The position numbers and the translations under genes were made by a program. This document shows positions 37,726-47,199 of a stretch of 64,000 nucleotides of DNA, one piece after another (the stretch's first letter is position 1; the number at the start of each line of letters is the position of its first letter). The notes under the pieces were generated by a model. That model made no database searches and had not been told where the DNA came from. It worked only from the letters and a program-made list of their open reading frames with translations. Origin of the DNA: Planctomycetota bacterium (GTDB lineage: Bacteria > Planctomycetota > B15-G4 > SIAN01); the NCBI GenBank assembly GCA_031409275.1, contig JANNXA010000050.1:96001-160000 (forward strand), written 5' to 3'.

Positions 37726-39161
37726 AGCACTGCGGGCGTGCCCTGGCCCGGGAAGATCGTGTCGCCCACCAAGTAGAGGCCGCGCAACGGCGAGCGCGCG
37801 CCAGCCCACTGCCACGGCGGCTTGGCGAGGCTGTGGCCGAGCCCTCCCACCTCGCCATCGACGCGCCCGGTGTAGCGCTCAAACGTCCGCGGCGTGCCCG
37901 GAAGGAACGGCGCGAAGGGCGTGCGACCGAGTTCCGGGAACGCGGCCACGATCGCTTCGCGCATCGCCTCCGCGACTTGCGCTACCGCCGTCGCATCGGC
38001 GCAATAGCGGCCTCGCGCCCACTCCTTCGGTTGAGCGACATGGGTGGAGACGGTCAGCGCGCGTCGACCCGGCGGCGCCCGCCCCGCCTCGCCTCGCCGC
38101 GAGAACGAGAGGAAGAGCGAGCGCGCCGGCAGGTGTGGCAACGGCCGCTCGAGCTCGAGCTGGTGGAACGGCGTGCCGAGATCATCGAAGTCGTCGCTCA
38201 CCCCCGCGTAGAGCGTGAACGCGCCGACCGCAACGCCGCCACGCAGCTTCCTCGCCGCGAACGCCGACAGCTCGGGCAGCAACATCGCCAGCGTCGACAG
38301 CGGAGTGTTGGCTACCACCGCGCGCGCCTCGAGCGTCGCCCCGCCCTCGATGTCGATGCGCCACGGTTCGACGCGCGTGCCGCGTCGCAAACCGACGACG
38401 CGCGCACGCAGGCGCAGCTCGCCCCCGTCCTGCCGCAGTGTGTGGGCGAGCGCCTGCGCGAACGCTGACAGGCCGCCGTCGACCGCCCACGTATCGCGCG
38501 GATAGGCGAGTCCGAGCGCCCCGAACAACCACGGCGTCCGCTCCGCTTCGTGCTGCGTGGTGATGGCGAGCTGCTCGCCCACGAAGCGCGCGCAGCGGCT
38601 TTCGGACGCGATGCCGTGACGGGCAAGTTCCGTCGCCACGCTGCGACGCAGCGCCGGCAACAGCGGCAGCAGCGCAAGCCGACGCGGCGACAGCAGCGCG
38701 AGCACCTCCCGCCACGAACCCGGCGGCACGCCGCCCGCCAACGGCAGCAGCGCCCACGCCCGATCGGCAAGCGCTTCCGCGGAGGCGAAGAAGCCGGCGC
38801 AGTCACCCTCGCCCGCGAACGCGCGCGCTGCCTCCGCCTGCCAACGCTTCGGATCGGCGAAACGGCGCACGACCCCGTGCCGGTCATGGAAGACGACTCC
38901 CGGATCGCACGCGACGCGCGGCAGGTCGAGCGAAAGGTGTTCAAGCAACTGCGCCACCGGTTGGCCCGGCTGCAGTCCCGAGAGGGTCGTCGCACCCACA
39001 TCGAAGCGGCAGCGATCGCGCGTGAACCAGGAGGCGCAGCCGCCGGGAAGCGCGTGCGCTTCGATCACGACGACGCGCAGCCCCGCACGCGCCAATCGGG
39101 CGGCGGTCGCGAGGCCACCAAGCCCGGCGCCGATCACCGCCACGTCGCAGCTTGGCGTCAT
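37671..39161 (-). CDS. Phytoene desaturase family FAD oxidoreductase (CrtD-like)
   Basis: VIGAGLGGL, PGGCASWF, FDVGATT, GTPRTFERYT, LYLVGDTIFPGQG. Confidence 0.82.
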   Translation of the reverse strand: MTPSCDVAVIGAGLGGLATAARLARAGLRVVVIEAHALPGGCASWFTRDRCRFDVGATTLSGLQPGQPVAQLLEHLSLDLPRVACDPGVVFHDRHGVVRRFADPKRWQAEAARAFAGEGDCAGFFASAEALADRAWALLPLAGGVPPGSWREVLALLSPRRLALLPLLPALRRSVATELARHGIASESRCARFVGEQLAITTQHEAERTPWLFGALGLAYPRDTWAVDGGLSAFAQALAHTLRQDGGELRLRARVVGLRRGTRVEPWRIDIEGGATLEARAVVANTPLSTLAMLLPELSAFAARKLRGGVAVGAFTLYAGVSDDFDDLGTPFHQLELERPLPHLPARSLFLSFSRRGEAGRAPPGRRALTVSTHVAQPKEWARGRYCADATAVAQVAEAMREAIVAAFPELGRTPFAPFLPGTPRTFERYTGRVDGEVGGLGHSLAKPPWQWAGARSPLRGLYLVGDTIFPGQGTPAVLQGAAAVAAALLADARNS

Positions 39162-40084
39162 TCGTATCCGAGCGCGCGCGCCGCCGGCCGGAGCGCCTGC
39201 TCGAGCTCGGCACGCAACGGCGCGTCGAGGTCGCGCCGCCAGCGGCCGATCGATGCCTGCGGCGACTCCGAAGTGAGGTGGCTCTTGCGCTGCGGCTCTT
39301 CGCGAAAGGCGCTCGCCATCGCGGCGACGCCGTCGACGGAGAGGCCCGCCCACTGCGCCACCTGCGTGAGAGCCGCCTCCGTCGCCGTCAGCAGCTCTTC
39401 GTAGCGCACGATGTGAACGGTGACGCCCGCTGCGCGCGCCGCGTCGAGCCGCGCGGGCAACCGCGTCCATGCCTGGCCGTAGTTGCCTGCGAGCAGCTCG
39501 GCGAGCGCCTGCGATCGCCCCGCGCGCGGCGCCGCGCCATCGCCCTCGCGATAGAAGAAGTCGGAGGCCGAGACGACGGCGTCGCGCGGATCGCGGACCA
39601 GCAGCAGCATGCAGGCGTTCGGCCATTGGCGCGCGAACTCGACCATCAAGTTGACGTAGACCTTCTCCGCGAAGCCGCGCACGGCCGCCTTGCCGAGCGA
39701 TCTTGCGAGGCGCCGATAGAAATCGGAGACGCCGGCGCGCGCCGCGGCAGCGAGCGGCGCGAGCACCGATTCGGCGTAGTCCCGTTCGAGTTCTTCCTCG
39801 CGACTCGAGAAGGGCGAGCGACCATTCTCGTAGACGCTCTTCGCCGGCTCATGGCCGGACGGTTCGACCGCCTCGACGAGGCGCAGCGAAGCGTGCGCGA
39901 AGGCGACGTACGTCGCCGGGCGCTGCTCGTGCGGCCAGCGCGGGCAGACCACGAGCTCCGGATGGCGAGAGAGCGCTTCGAGCAGGATGGTGCCACCGCT
40001 GCGACCATTCGCCAGCACGGCCAGCGGTCGCAACGCCTCGAGCGACTCCGTCGCGGGCGGGTTCCCTTTGCGTCCGAAGATCAC
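39158..40084 (-). CDS. Sulfotransferase family protein
   Basis: ANGRSGGTILLEALSRHP, FAEK, VRDPRDAVVS, VRYEEL, SIGRWRRDL. Confidence 0.8.
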   Translation of the reverse strand: MIFGRKGNPPATESLEALRPLAVLANGRSGGTILLEALSRHPELVVCPRWPHEQRPATYVAFAHASLRLVEAVEPSGHEPAKSVYENGRSPFSSREEELERDYAESVLAPLAAAARAGVSDFYRRLARSLGKAAVRGFAEKVYVNLMVEFARQWPNACMLLLVRDPRDAVVSASDFFYREGDGAAPRAGRSQALAELLAGNYGQAWTRLPARLDAARAAGVTVHIVRYEELLTATEAALTQVAQWAGLSVDGVAAMASAFREEPQRKSHLTSESPQASIGRWRRDLDAPLRAELEQALRPAARALGYE

Positions 40085-41268
40085 CGTGGCCTCCTTGCCG
40101 TTCGCTGTGCGACGACTTCCGCGTAGACCGCGGCCAACCGCTCGCCCTGGCGGCCGACGTGGTACTCCGATTCAACGTGGCGGCGCCCCTCGGTCACGAG
40201 CGCGAGCCACTGCGCCGGATGATCGACGAGCCAGCGCAGATGGCGCACGAGACCGGGGACATCATGCTCGCCGGCGAGCAGTCCGGTGCGGCCGTCGAGG
40301 ATCACCGACGGGATGTCGCAGTGCGTCGAGCTCACGATCGGCATCCCGCTGGCGGCGACGTCGATCAGGCTCACGGGCGCGCCGCCCTCCGTGTCGCCGT
40401 CGGCTGCGGTCACGCTCGGCGAGACGAAGACGTGGGCGCGATACGCCTCGGCGAAGAAGACGGCGTGCGGCTGGTAGCCGAGCAGTCGCGTCTTCGCGCG
40501 CAACCCGTGGCGGTCGATGGCGGCGAGGATGCGCTCTTTCTCGGGGCCGCTGCGCGGGTCGGAACTGGCGTCGCCGATGACGGTGATCTCCAGATCCGCG
40601 TGATGGCGCTTTAACTCGCCGATCGCGTCGATGGCATCGGGGAAGCCCTTCTTCTCGCGAAACGAGCCGGCGATGAAGAAGCGCAACGTGCCACCGTCCC
40701 ATCGACGCGGCCGGAACTCGATCGCTTCGACATCGACCCCAAGGTGCTGCACCACGACCTTCTCGGGGGGGCATCCCAACGCGACGAGGCAACGCCCCAT
40801 GTGCGGCCCTTCGCAGAGCACGCGATCGACGGCCGCGAACATTTGCCGGTAGCGCTCCAGCCACTTCGGCTTCTGCCGCGGCAGGAAGTTGACGTCCTTG
40901 CCATAGAAGGTCGCGACATGCGCGAGGCCGGCCGAAGCGGCCGCCTCGACGTCGCGACAGGCGTGGTCGCCCCAATGCGAGTGGATCAGGCGCGCACCGG
41001 AGCGACGCGCGGCGTCGACCACGAAGCGGGTCCAGCTCGGCTCGCGCCAGGCACGCCAGAACGGGAGCTTCTGCCCGCGCTGCTTCCTCTGCTCGATCGC
41101 CGGCCAGGCGAACTGATCGAGGTTCTCGACGCCGTCGCAAACGACCCGGCTCTCGACCCGCGCCGCCGGAAGGCTCTTCACCTGGGCGAAGAGCCAGGTC
41201 GACGTCAGCGGCAACCAGTACGGCACGCTCTGCAGCGCGACGATCGACCGCTCCTGCACCTCACTCAT
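40081..41268 (-). CDS. GT4 glycosyltransferase (WcaL-like)
   Basis: LIHSHWG, TFYGKD, HLGVD, FREKKG, PSVTAADGDTEGGAPVSL, HCDIP. Confidence 0.88.
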   Translation of the reverse strand: MSEVQERSIVALQSVPYWLPLTSTWLFAQVKSLPAARVESRVVCDGVENLDQFAWPAIEQRKQRGQKLPFWRAWREPSWTRFVVDAARRSGARLIHSHWGDHACRDVEAAASAGLAHVATFYGKDVNFLPRQKPKWLERYRQMFAAVDRVLCEGPHMGRCLVALGCPPEKVVVQHLGVDVEAIEFRPRRWDGGTLRFFIAGSFREKKGFPDAIDAIGELKRHHADLEITVIGDASSDPRSGPEKERILAAIDRHGLRAKTRLLGYQPHAVFFAEAYRAHVFVSPSVTAADGDTEGGAPVSLIDVAASGMPIVSSTHCDIPSVILDGRTGLLAGEHDVPGLVRHLRWLVDHPAQWLALVTEGRRHVESEYHVGRQGERLAAVYAEVVAQRTARRPR

Positions 41269-42197
41269 CCTCGGCCCCGCTTCGCCGCACGGAAGTCGAG
41301 CAGATTCCGCAGCTGCCGAGTCCAACGCAGGCGCGGCAGCACGCGGATCTTGCCCTCGCGGTGGGCCACGAAGTAGCCGGCGCCGTCGCGCGCGACACGG
41401 CCCGCCGAACCGGTCGCCGCGAGCGAAGAGGCGCCGCGTTCGAGCGCCCCGATCCCCCACTTCGCGCCGCGCCAGCGTCCTTGCGGCCAGTCGACTCCAT
41501 CGAGCCAGTTCTGCGTGCCGCGCAGCGCATGCCAGCAGTGGTCGAGCGGCCAGTTCGCGAAGTCGATCAGCTTCTCGTCGCGCCGCACCGCGCGCGCGCG
41601 CGGCGTCGGTCGCGCGCCTTGCGGCTGCGGCTGCGGCTGCGCGGTGCCTGCCGCCAAGGCGTCCGCCACCGCCGCCATCAGCCGCGCTCCGATCGGCTCG
41701 ACGCGCGCGGTGAGCTCGGCGAGCGGGAGTCCGACCTCGACCGCGACGCGCTCCTGCGCATAGATCGGGCCGCTGTCCTCGCCGGCATCGAGCGCGTGCA
41801 CCGTGACCCCGATCTCGCGCTCGAAGGCGAGGTACTGCCAGAGCCACGGGTAGGGCCCGGGCCAGCGCGGCAGCAGCGACGGATGGAGGTTGATCGCGCC
41901 GTGACGCGGGAGCGCGAGGATCGCCGGCGCGAGCAGCTGCGTCAGCGAAGCGATCGCCAGCAGGTCAGGCGCAGCGGCGCGCACGAACGGCTCGAGCGCG
42001 TCGCGATTCGCGCGATCGAGCTCGAGGTAGGGCACGCCGCGTTGCTGCGCGAAGGCCGCCAGAGCGCGGTCCCGCAGCGAGCGTTTCGCTCCGCGCCCGG
42101 CAGACTCGACGACGGCGACGATCTCATGGTGCTCGGCGAGCGCCAGGAGCGGCGCGAGCGAGAAGCCGTGGCTGCGGCCGAGGAAGAGGACGCGCAT
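41265..42197 (-). CDS. Formyltransferase (probable sugar N-formyltransferase)
   Basis: INLHPSLLPRWPG and GVTVHALDAGEDSGPI; lies between an aminotransferase and a glycosyltransferase. Confidence 0.82.
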   Translation of the reverse strand: MRVLFLGRSHGFSLAPLLALAEHHEIVAVVESAGRGAKRSLRDRALAAFAQQRGVPYLELDRANRDALEPFVRAAAPDLLAIASLTQLLAPAILALPRHGAINLHPSLLPRWPGPYPWLWQYLAFEREIGVTVHALDAGEDSGPIYAQERVAVEVGLPLAELTARVEPIGARLMAAVADALAAGTAQPQPQPQGARPTPRARAVRRDEKLIDFANWPLDHCWHALRGTQNWLDGVDWPQGRWRGAKWGIGALERGASSLAATGSAGRVARDGAGYFVAHREGKIRVLPRLRWTRQLRNLLDFRAAKRGRG

Positions 42198-42214
42198 GGA
42201 ATCGCGCGACCGCG

Positions 42215-43405
42215 TCAGGCCCGCAGCGAGCGGCGGACCGCCTCGACCACGTCGGCGACGTCGGCGTCGGTGAGCTTCGGCGTCAACGGGAGGCTCACCG
42301 TTTCACGGCCGAAGGCGAGCGCGTGCGGATAGGCGTCGGGCTTCCAACCGAGTTCGCGCTGGTAGTAGGGGTGCTCGGCAAGCGAGAGGTAGTGGACGCC
42401 GACGCCGATGCCTTGCTGCGTCATCCGCTCGAGGAAGGTGTCCCGCTCGACGCCGCACCGCTTCGGATCGATGCGCACCTGGTAGAGGTGATAGGCGTGC
42501 TTCTCGTGCGCGACGACTGGCGCGGGGAGGCCGATCGGGAGATCGGCGAAGGCGCGGTCGTACGCCTTCCAGATCCCTTCGCGGCGCTGCCAGCTCTGCT
42601 CCACGCGGGCGAGCTGGTGCAAGCCGATCGACGCCTGCAGGTCGGTCATGTTGTTCTTGAAGCCGCATTCGACGACCGAGTAGTGCTTGTAGCCCGAGTC
42701 GGAGAAGCGCTTCCAGGCGTCGCGGCTCATGCCGTGCAACGCGAGGATGCGGATGCGATCGAGATCCTCGGGCCGGCGCGCGATGACCATGCCGCCTTCA
42801 CCGGTGACGACGTTCTTCGTCACATAGAAGCTGTAGCAGCCAAAGTCGCCGAAGGTGCCCGCCGGCTGCCCCCGCCATTCGGTCTCGATGGCATGCGCGC
42901 AGTCTTCGATGATCCACAGTCCGTGGTCGCGCGCGATCGCGGTCAGCGCGTCCATGTCGCACGAGCGGCCGGCGAGGTGAACCGGGAGCAGCGCCTTGGT
43001 GCGCGGCGTGATCTTGCGGCGCACGTCGGCGGGATCGAGGTTGCCGCTCACCGGGTCGATGTCGGCCAGCACCGGCGTCCCGCCCGCATGCAGGACGGCG
43101 TTGGCGGTGGCGCAGAAGGTCAGCGCCGTGGTGATCACTTCATCGCCCGGCTTCAGGTCGCGCGCGACCATGCAAAGGTGGAGCGCCGCGGTGGCGGAAC
43201 TGACTGCGACCGCCGCCGGAACGCGTCGGTAGGCGGCGAAATCGGCCTGGAAACGGGCCGTCTTCGGCCCGGTGCCGATCCAGCCGCTCTTCAGCGTGGC
43301 GACGACCTCGTCGATCTCCGCCTGCGTGATCTCCGGCGCACCGAAGACGAGGAAGCGCTCGCGAGGGCGAACGGGATCGCGGACGGTCGACGGAGCATCA
43401 GGCAC
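42215..43405 (-). CDS. DegT/DnrJ/EryC1/StrS sugar aminotransferase
   Basis: SGWIGTGP, SSATAALHL, PVHLAG, IEDCAHA, SFYVTKNVVTGEGG, VGVHY; SD GGAGAAGG before GTG 43405. Confidence 0.92.
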   Translation of the reverse strand: MPDAPSTVRDPVRPRERFLVFGAPEITQAEIDEVVATLKSGWIGTGPKTARFQADFAAYRRVPAAVAVSSATAALHLCMVARDLKPGDEVITTALTFCATANAVLHAGGTPVLADIDPVSGNLDPADVRRKITPRTKALLPVHLAGRSCDMDALTAIARDHGLWIIEDCAHAIETEWRGQPAGTFGDFGCYSFYVTKNVVTGEGGMVIARRPEDLDRIRILALHGMSRDAWKRFSDSGYKHYSVVECGFKNNMTDLQASIGLHQLARVEQSWQRREGIWKAYDRAFADLPIGLPAPVVAHEKHAYHLYQVRIDPKRCGVERDTFLERMTQQGIGVGVHYLSLAEHPYYQRELGWKPDAYPHALAFGRETVSLPLTPKLTDADVADVVEAVRRSLRA

Positions 43406-43553
43406 GGGGACCTTCTCCCGGAACGCGGGGGACGGCAAGCAACACGAACGGCACGGAGTTTCGCACAACGGCGGCGCGTTTGCATCGCGACAGCGGCCGC
43501 CACCCGCGGCGAGATTGTCCCTCCGCCGGTCGACCGGCAAGATCTCCGAGGCC

Positions 43554-44411
43554 ATGACTGAACCGATGCGGATCTACTGCGGGACCGACGCTTCGCAAGA
43601 CGTGCCGACGCGCGTCCTCGAATGGAGCTTCCGCAAGCACGCCTCGGGTCCGATCGAATTCCATCCGATGCGCGACCTCGCGATCCCGGCGCCGCGCGAT
43701 CCCGCCAACCGGCCGCGAACCGCGTTCAGCTTCTTCCGCTTCTGCATCCCGAAGCTCGCCGGCTACTCGGGGCGCGCGCTCTACGTCGACGCCGACATGC
43801 AGGTCTTCGGCGACGTCGCGCCGCTTTGGCGCTTGCCATTCGGAGCGCAGCCGGTGTTGTGCACCGTCCAGTCCGAGGCGCCGCCCCACTGGAAGGGCCA
43901 TGCCTTCTTCCGGCCGGGGCGCCAGTTCAGCGTGATGCTGCTCGACTGCAGCCGCCTGGACTGGGAGATCGGCGAGATCGTGCGTCGGCTCGATGACGGC
44001 CGCCTCGACTACCACGCACTGCTCCACGACTGCGGCCTCGTCGCGCACGACGCGATCGGCGAGACCTTGCCTTCGACCTGGAACCACCTCGACCACTACG
44101 AGCCGGGCGAGACCCGGCTCACCCACTACACGGTCGTCTCCACGCAGCCGTGGAAGAACGACAAGAACCACCTCGTGCCGATGTGGATGCGCGGCTTCGC
44201 CGAAGCGGTGCAGGACGGCGCGGTCGAGCGCGACCTCGTCGAGCGCGCGGTGTCGGCAGGCCACGTCAAGCCGCGCCTGCTGCGCGCCTTCGACCGCGCC
44301 AAGGCGGGCGACCTCGAGGACAGCGTCTTCGCGAAGGCCTACGTGAGGATGCGGCAGGCGCTGCGTGGCGCGGGTCGCACGAAGTGGGCGGGCGAAGCCG
44401 GCGCGAGTTGA
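43554..44411 (+). CDS. GT8-like glycosyltransferase
   Basis: TAFSFFRFCIP, ALYVDADM (DxD), SVMLLDC, WNHLD, THYT...QPW. Confidence 0.8.
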   Translation: MTEPMRIYCGTDASQDVPTRVLEWSFRKHASGPIEFHPMRDLAIPAPRDPANRPRTAFSFFRFCIPKLAGYSGRALYVDADMQVFGDVAPLWRLPFGAQPVLCTVQSEAPPHWKGHAFFRPGRQFSVMLLDCSRLDWEIGEIVRRLDDGRLDYHALLHDCGLVAHDAIGETLPSTWNHLDHYEPGETRLTHYTVVSTQPWKNDKNHLVPMWMRGFAEAVQDGAVERDLVERAVSAGHVKPRLLRAFDRAKAGDLEDSVFAKAYVRMRQALRGAGRTKWAGEAGAS

Positions 44412-44427
44412 CGCTCGCGCGGGAGTC

Positions 44428-45216
44428 TCACGACCCGGTGCTCTCGTAGCGACGCACGCCCAGTCGCCAGCAGAACCAGGCCACCAGCGCGAGCGCGAGC
44501 GTGACCAGCGGCGCCGCGATGGCCAACCCCGCGAGCGGACTGCGTCCGAGCAGCGCCGTGCTCGGGTAGTAGGCGACGAAGCCGAACGGGATCACGAAGC
44601 GCAGCAGCCCGCGAATGGGCCACGGAAAGATCTCCTGCGGCCAGCGCCCGAACGGGATCACGTTGAACACGGGCGGGGCGACGCCGACGCGATCCTCGAA
44701 GTGGAACGAGACCGACGCCAGGATCGTGAAGACGAAGACGTAGATCAGCGCGCCGCAGATCACCGTCACGGCGACGAAGAGCCACTCGAACGGGCCGAAG
44801 CCGACGTGGAGCTGCCGCAACGAGTGAGCGACGACCCCGGCGCCGATGAACGTCTCCGCCAGCACGGGAATGCGGAATTGATCGCACAGGATCTGCGCGA
44901 AGCTCGACAGCGGGCGCAGCAGCACGCGATCGAAGCGCCCTTCGATGATGTAGCGATCGCCGAACTCGAAGAGGTTCCAGGAGACGGTCGCGAAGAGGCC
45001 GTAGCTCATGCTCGACAGGCCGACGATCAGCAGCACCTCGTCTTTCTTCCAGCCGGCGAGCTCGTCCACCGGGACGAAGAAGAGCAGCACGAAGAAGAGG
45101 CTCGACAACCCGCCGAGCGCCGTCGCGAACAGGTCCGCGACGAAGTCGCCTCGATAGCTGAGGCGCACCTTCAGCATCTGCGCGAAGAGGGCGGCGTAGA
45201 TCCGGAGCGTGCGCAC
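44428..45216 (-). CDS. ABC-2 type permease (DUF990-like)
   Basis: YRGDF, GWKKDE, GRFDRVLLRP, IPFGFVAYYP, RYESTGS. Confidence 0.88.
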   Translation of the reverse strand: MRTLRIYAALFAQMLKVRLSYRGDFVADLFATALGGLSSLFFVLLFFVPVDELAGWKKDEVLLIVGLSSMSYGLFATVSWNLFEFGDRYIIEGRFDRVLLRPLSSFAQILCDQFRIPVLAETFIGAGVVAHSLRQLHVGFGPFEWLFVAVTVICGALIYVFVFTILASVSFHFEDRVGVAPPVFNVIPFGRWPQEIFPWPIRGLLRFVIPFGFVAYYPSTALLGRSPLAGLAIAAPLVTLALALVAWFCWRLGVRRYESTGS

Positions 45217-45220
45217 GCGA

Positions 45221-46072
45221 TCACCCGCCCTGCACGGTGAGACGGCGCGACGCGAGGCGCCAGCAGAAGGCGCCGATCGCGGTCAGCGCGACCACCCACG
45301 CCGACTGCACCAGCAGCACGCGGGCGATCAGCGTCTTGTCGTCGCCCAGCCACTCGGCGCCGGCGCGCGCGCGGCCGAGCCAGATCGAGCTCGGGAGATA
45401 GGAGATCGCCTGGAACGGCAGCCAGGAGGTGAAGCCCTGCAACCAGCCCGGGAACATCGACACCGGGATCAGCAGCCCGGAGAGGAGCTCGATCAAGTAG
45501 TGCTTCGCGCGCATCACGCCGTCGATGTTCTTCAGCGGGAAGGCGCACAGCCCGACCAGGAAGTTCACTTGCGTCAGGATCGCGAGAGCGAGCACGCACG
45601 AGATCAGGAACGCGGCGGCATGCAGCGGCGAAGCGGGCGGCGCGACCGGGAAGAGCAGGAAGAGCAGGACGCTGATCGGCAGCGTGAAGAAGAGGAAGCG
45701 GAACAGCCCTTCGCCGAGCGTCGCGGCGACGATCGTGCCCTGCAACGAGACGGGTCGCGACAGCGCGACGGCGATCGTGCCGTTCTGCACCTGCTCGGAG
45801 AGTTCGCGGTCGACGTTGTTGAAGTAGAAGCTGCGCGCGATCCAGCCGATGGCGACGTAGGTGAACATCTGGTTGGCGGAAAAGCCCGCCAGCGAATCGC
45901 CCGGCGGACGATGCGAGTAGACCGCGCGCCACAGGTAGTAGTAGGTCGTGACGTAGACGAGGTAGGAGATGATCCCCGTCACGTAGCGCGTCCGGTAGGC
46001 CAGCATCTTGTGGAACTGGCCGACGAAGAACCCGGCGTAGGCCGGCAGATGGAGCGCGCGCACCGGGTTCAT
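45221..46072 (-). CDS. ABC-2 type permease (DUF990-like)
   Basis: LAYR, GTIAVALSRP, LSGLLIP, LPFQAISYLP, LTVQGG; ATGA overlap with the ATPase gene. Confidence 0.88.
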   Translation of the reverse strand: MNPVRALHLPAYAGFFVGQFHKMLAYRTRYVTGIISYLVYVTTYYYLWRAVYSHRPPGDSLAGFSANQMFTYVAIGWIARSFYFNNVDRELSEQVQNGTIAVALSRPVSLQGTIVAATLGEGLFRFLFFTLPISVLLFLLFPVAPPASPLHAAAFLISCVLALAILTQVNFLVGLCAFPLKNIDGVMRAKHYLIELLSGLLIPVSMFPGWLQGFTSWLPFQAISYLPSSIWLGRARAGAEWLGDDKTLIARVLLVQSAWVVALTAIGAFCWRLASRRLTVQGG

Positions 46073-47115
46073 CGCGCCGCGCCGCTCGCCGCGCCCGCCG
46101 CCTTCGCCGCCACCATCGCGGAGCGGCCGGTCTTCTCGTAGATGCGGCGGATCACTTCCTCGATCGAAGGCTCGGGCAGCGCGATGTCGGCCACCTTGAC
46201 CGCGCCGACGAGCCGCGACAGCAGCTCGGCCGCGGGAATCTCGCGCTTCGAGAAGTGCGCGCGCAGCTTGAGCGGGTTGTCCTGCTCGAAACGCACGCGC
46301 GGCAGCAGTCGCGCCAGGTCGGCAAGAGCCACCGGCTCGAGCAGCTCGATCTCCGCAGTCGACTCCTCGCCCGCCTCTTCGCGCAGCGCCTCGAGGCTGC
46401 CGTCGTAGACGATCTTCCCGCCGTCGATCACCATCACGCGCTGCGCCAACGCCTCGATGTCGCGCAGGTCGTGGGTGGTCAGCAGGATCGTCGTCCCGAA
46501 ATCGTCGTTCACGCGCTTCAGCAACGCGCGGATCGCCTCCTTGGCGACGAGGTCGAGCCCGATGGTCGGCTCGTCGAGGAAGAGCAGTTCCGGACCGTGC
46601 AGCAGGCTGGCCGCGAGGTCGGCGCGCATGCGCTGGCCGAGCGACAGCTTGCGCACCGGGATGTGGAGGAACTCGTCGAGCGCGAGCAGCTCGGTCAGCC
46701 GTTTCAGTCGCGCCGCACCTTCGGACGCCGGCACTTCGTAGATCTGCAGCAGGAGCTTCAGCGACTCGACCACCGCGAGGTCCCACCAGAGCTGGGTGCG
46801 CTGGCCGAAGACGACGCCGATGCGTCGCACGTACTGCTTGCGCTGCCGGTGCGGCGAGAGACCGAGCGACTCGATGCGACCGCCGCTTGGCGTGAGGATG
46901 CCGGTCAGCATCTTGATGGTGGTCGACTTGCCGGCGCCGTTGGGGCCGATGTAGCCGATGCGCTCGCCGCGCTCGATCGAGAAGCTGACGCCATCGACCG
47001 CGCGCAACGCCTCGTAGTCGCGCTGGAAGAGGTCCTTGAAGGCGCCGGCGAGTCCCTCGCGGCGACGGAAGCGGCGGAACTCCTTCACCAGATTTTCGAC
47101 GACGACGGCCGGCAT
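46069..47115 (-). CDS. ABC transporter ATP-binding protein
   Basis: GPNGAGKST, LSLGQRMR, LFLDEPTIGLD, TTHD. Confidence 0.93.
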   Translation of the reverse strand: MPAVVVENLVKEFRRFRRREGLAGAFKDLFQRDYEALRAVDGVSFSIERGERIGYIGPNGAGKSTTIKMLTGILTPSGGRIESLGLSPHRQRKQYVRRIGVVFGQRTQLWWDLAVVESLKLLLQIYEVPASEGAARLKRLTELLALDEFLHIPVRKLSLGQRMRADLAASLLHGPELLFLDEPTIGLDLVAKEAIRALLKRVNDDFGTTILLTTHDLRDIEALAQRVMVIDGGKIVYDGSLEALREEAGEESTAEIELLEPVALADLARLLPRVRFEQDNPLKLRAHFSKREIPAAELLSRLVGAVKVADIALPEPSIEEVIRRIYEKTGRSAMVAAKAAGAASGAAR

Positions 47116-47199
47116 GGGGCGCAATCTAGCAGCCGTTCAGATTCGCTTGCGCGCCGAGTCGGCGAGCGCAAGACTTCCGCGCCTCTCCGAAAGGCACTG

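Noticed and set aside
41265..42197. Methionyl-tRNA formyltransferase (fmt)
   Set aside because: It lacks GTPxFA and QPD-type motifs and sits in a sugar-modification operon.
43449..43465. Sigma54 promoter-like CGGCACGGAGTTTCGCA
   Set aside because: The GG-to-GC spacing is 11 nt rather than the strict 10.
47116..47199. yybP-ykoY Mn riboswitch upstream of terC
   Set aside because: The intergenic space is only about 84 bp, is shared with a divergent gene, and shows no recognisable motif.
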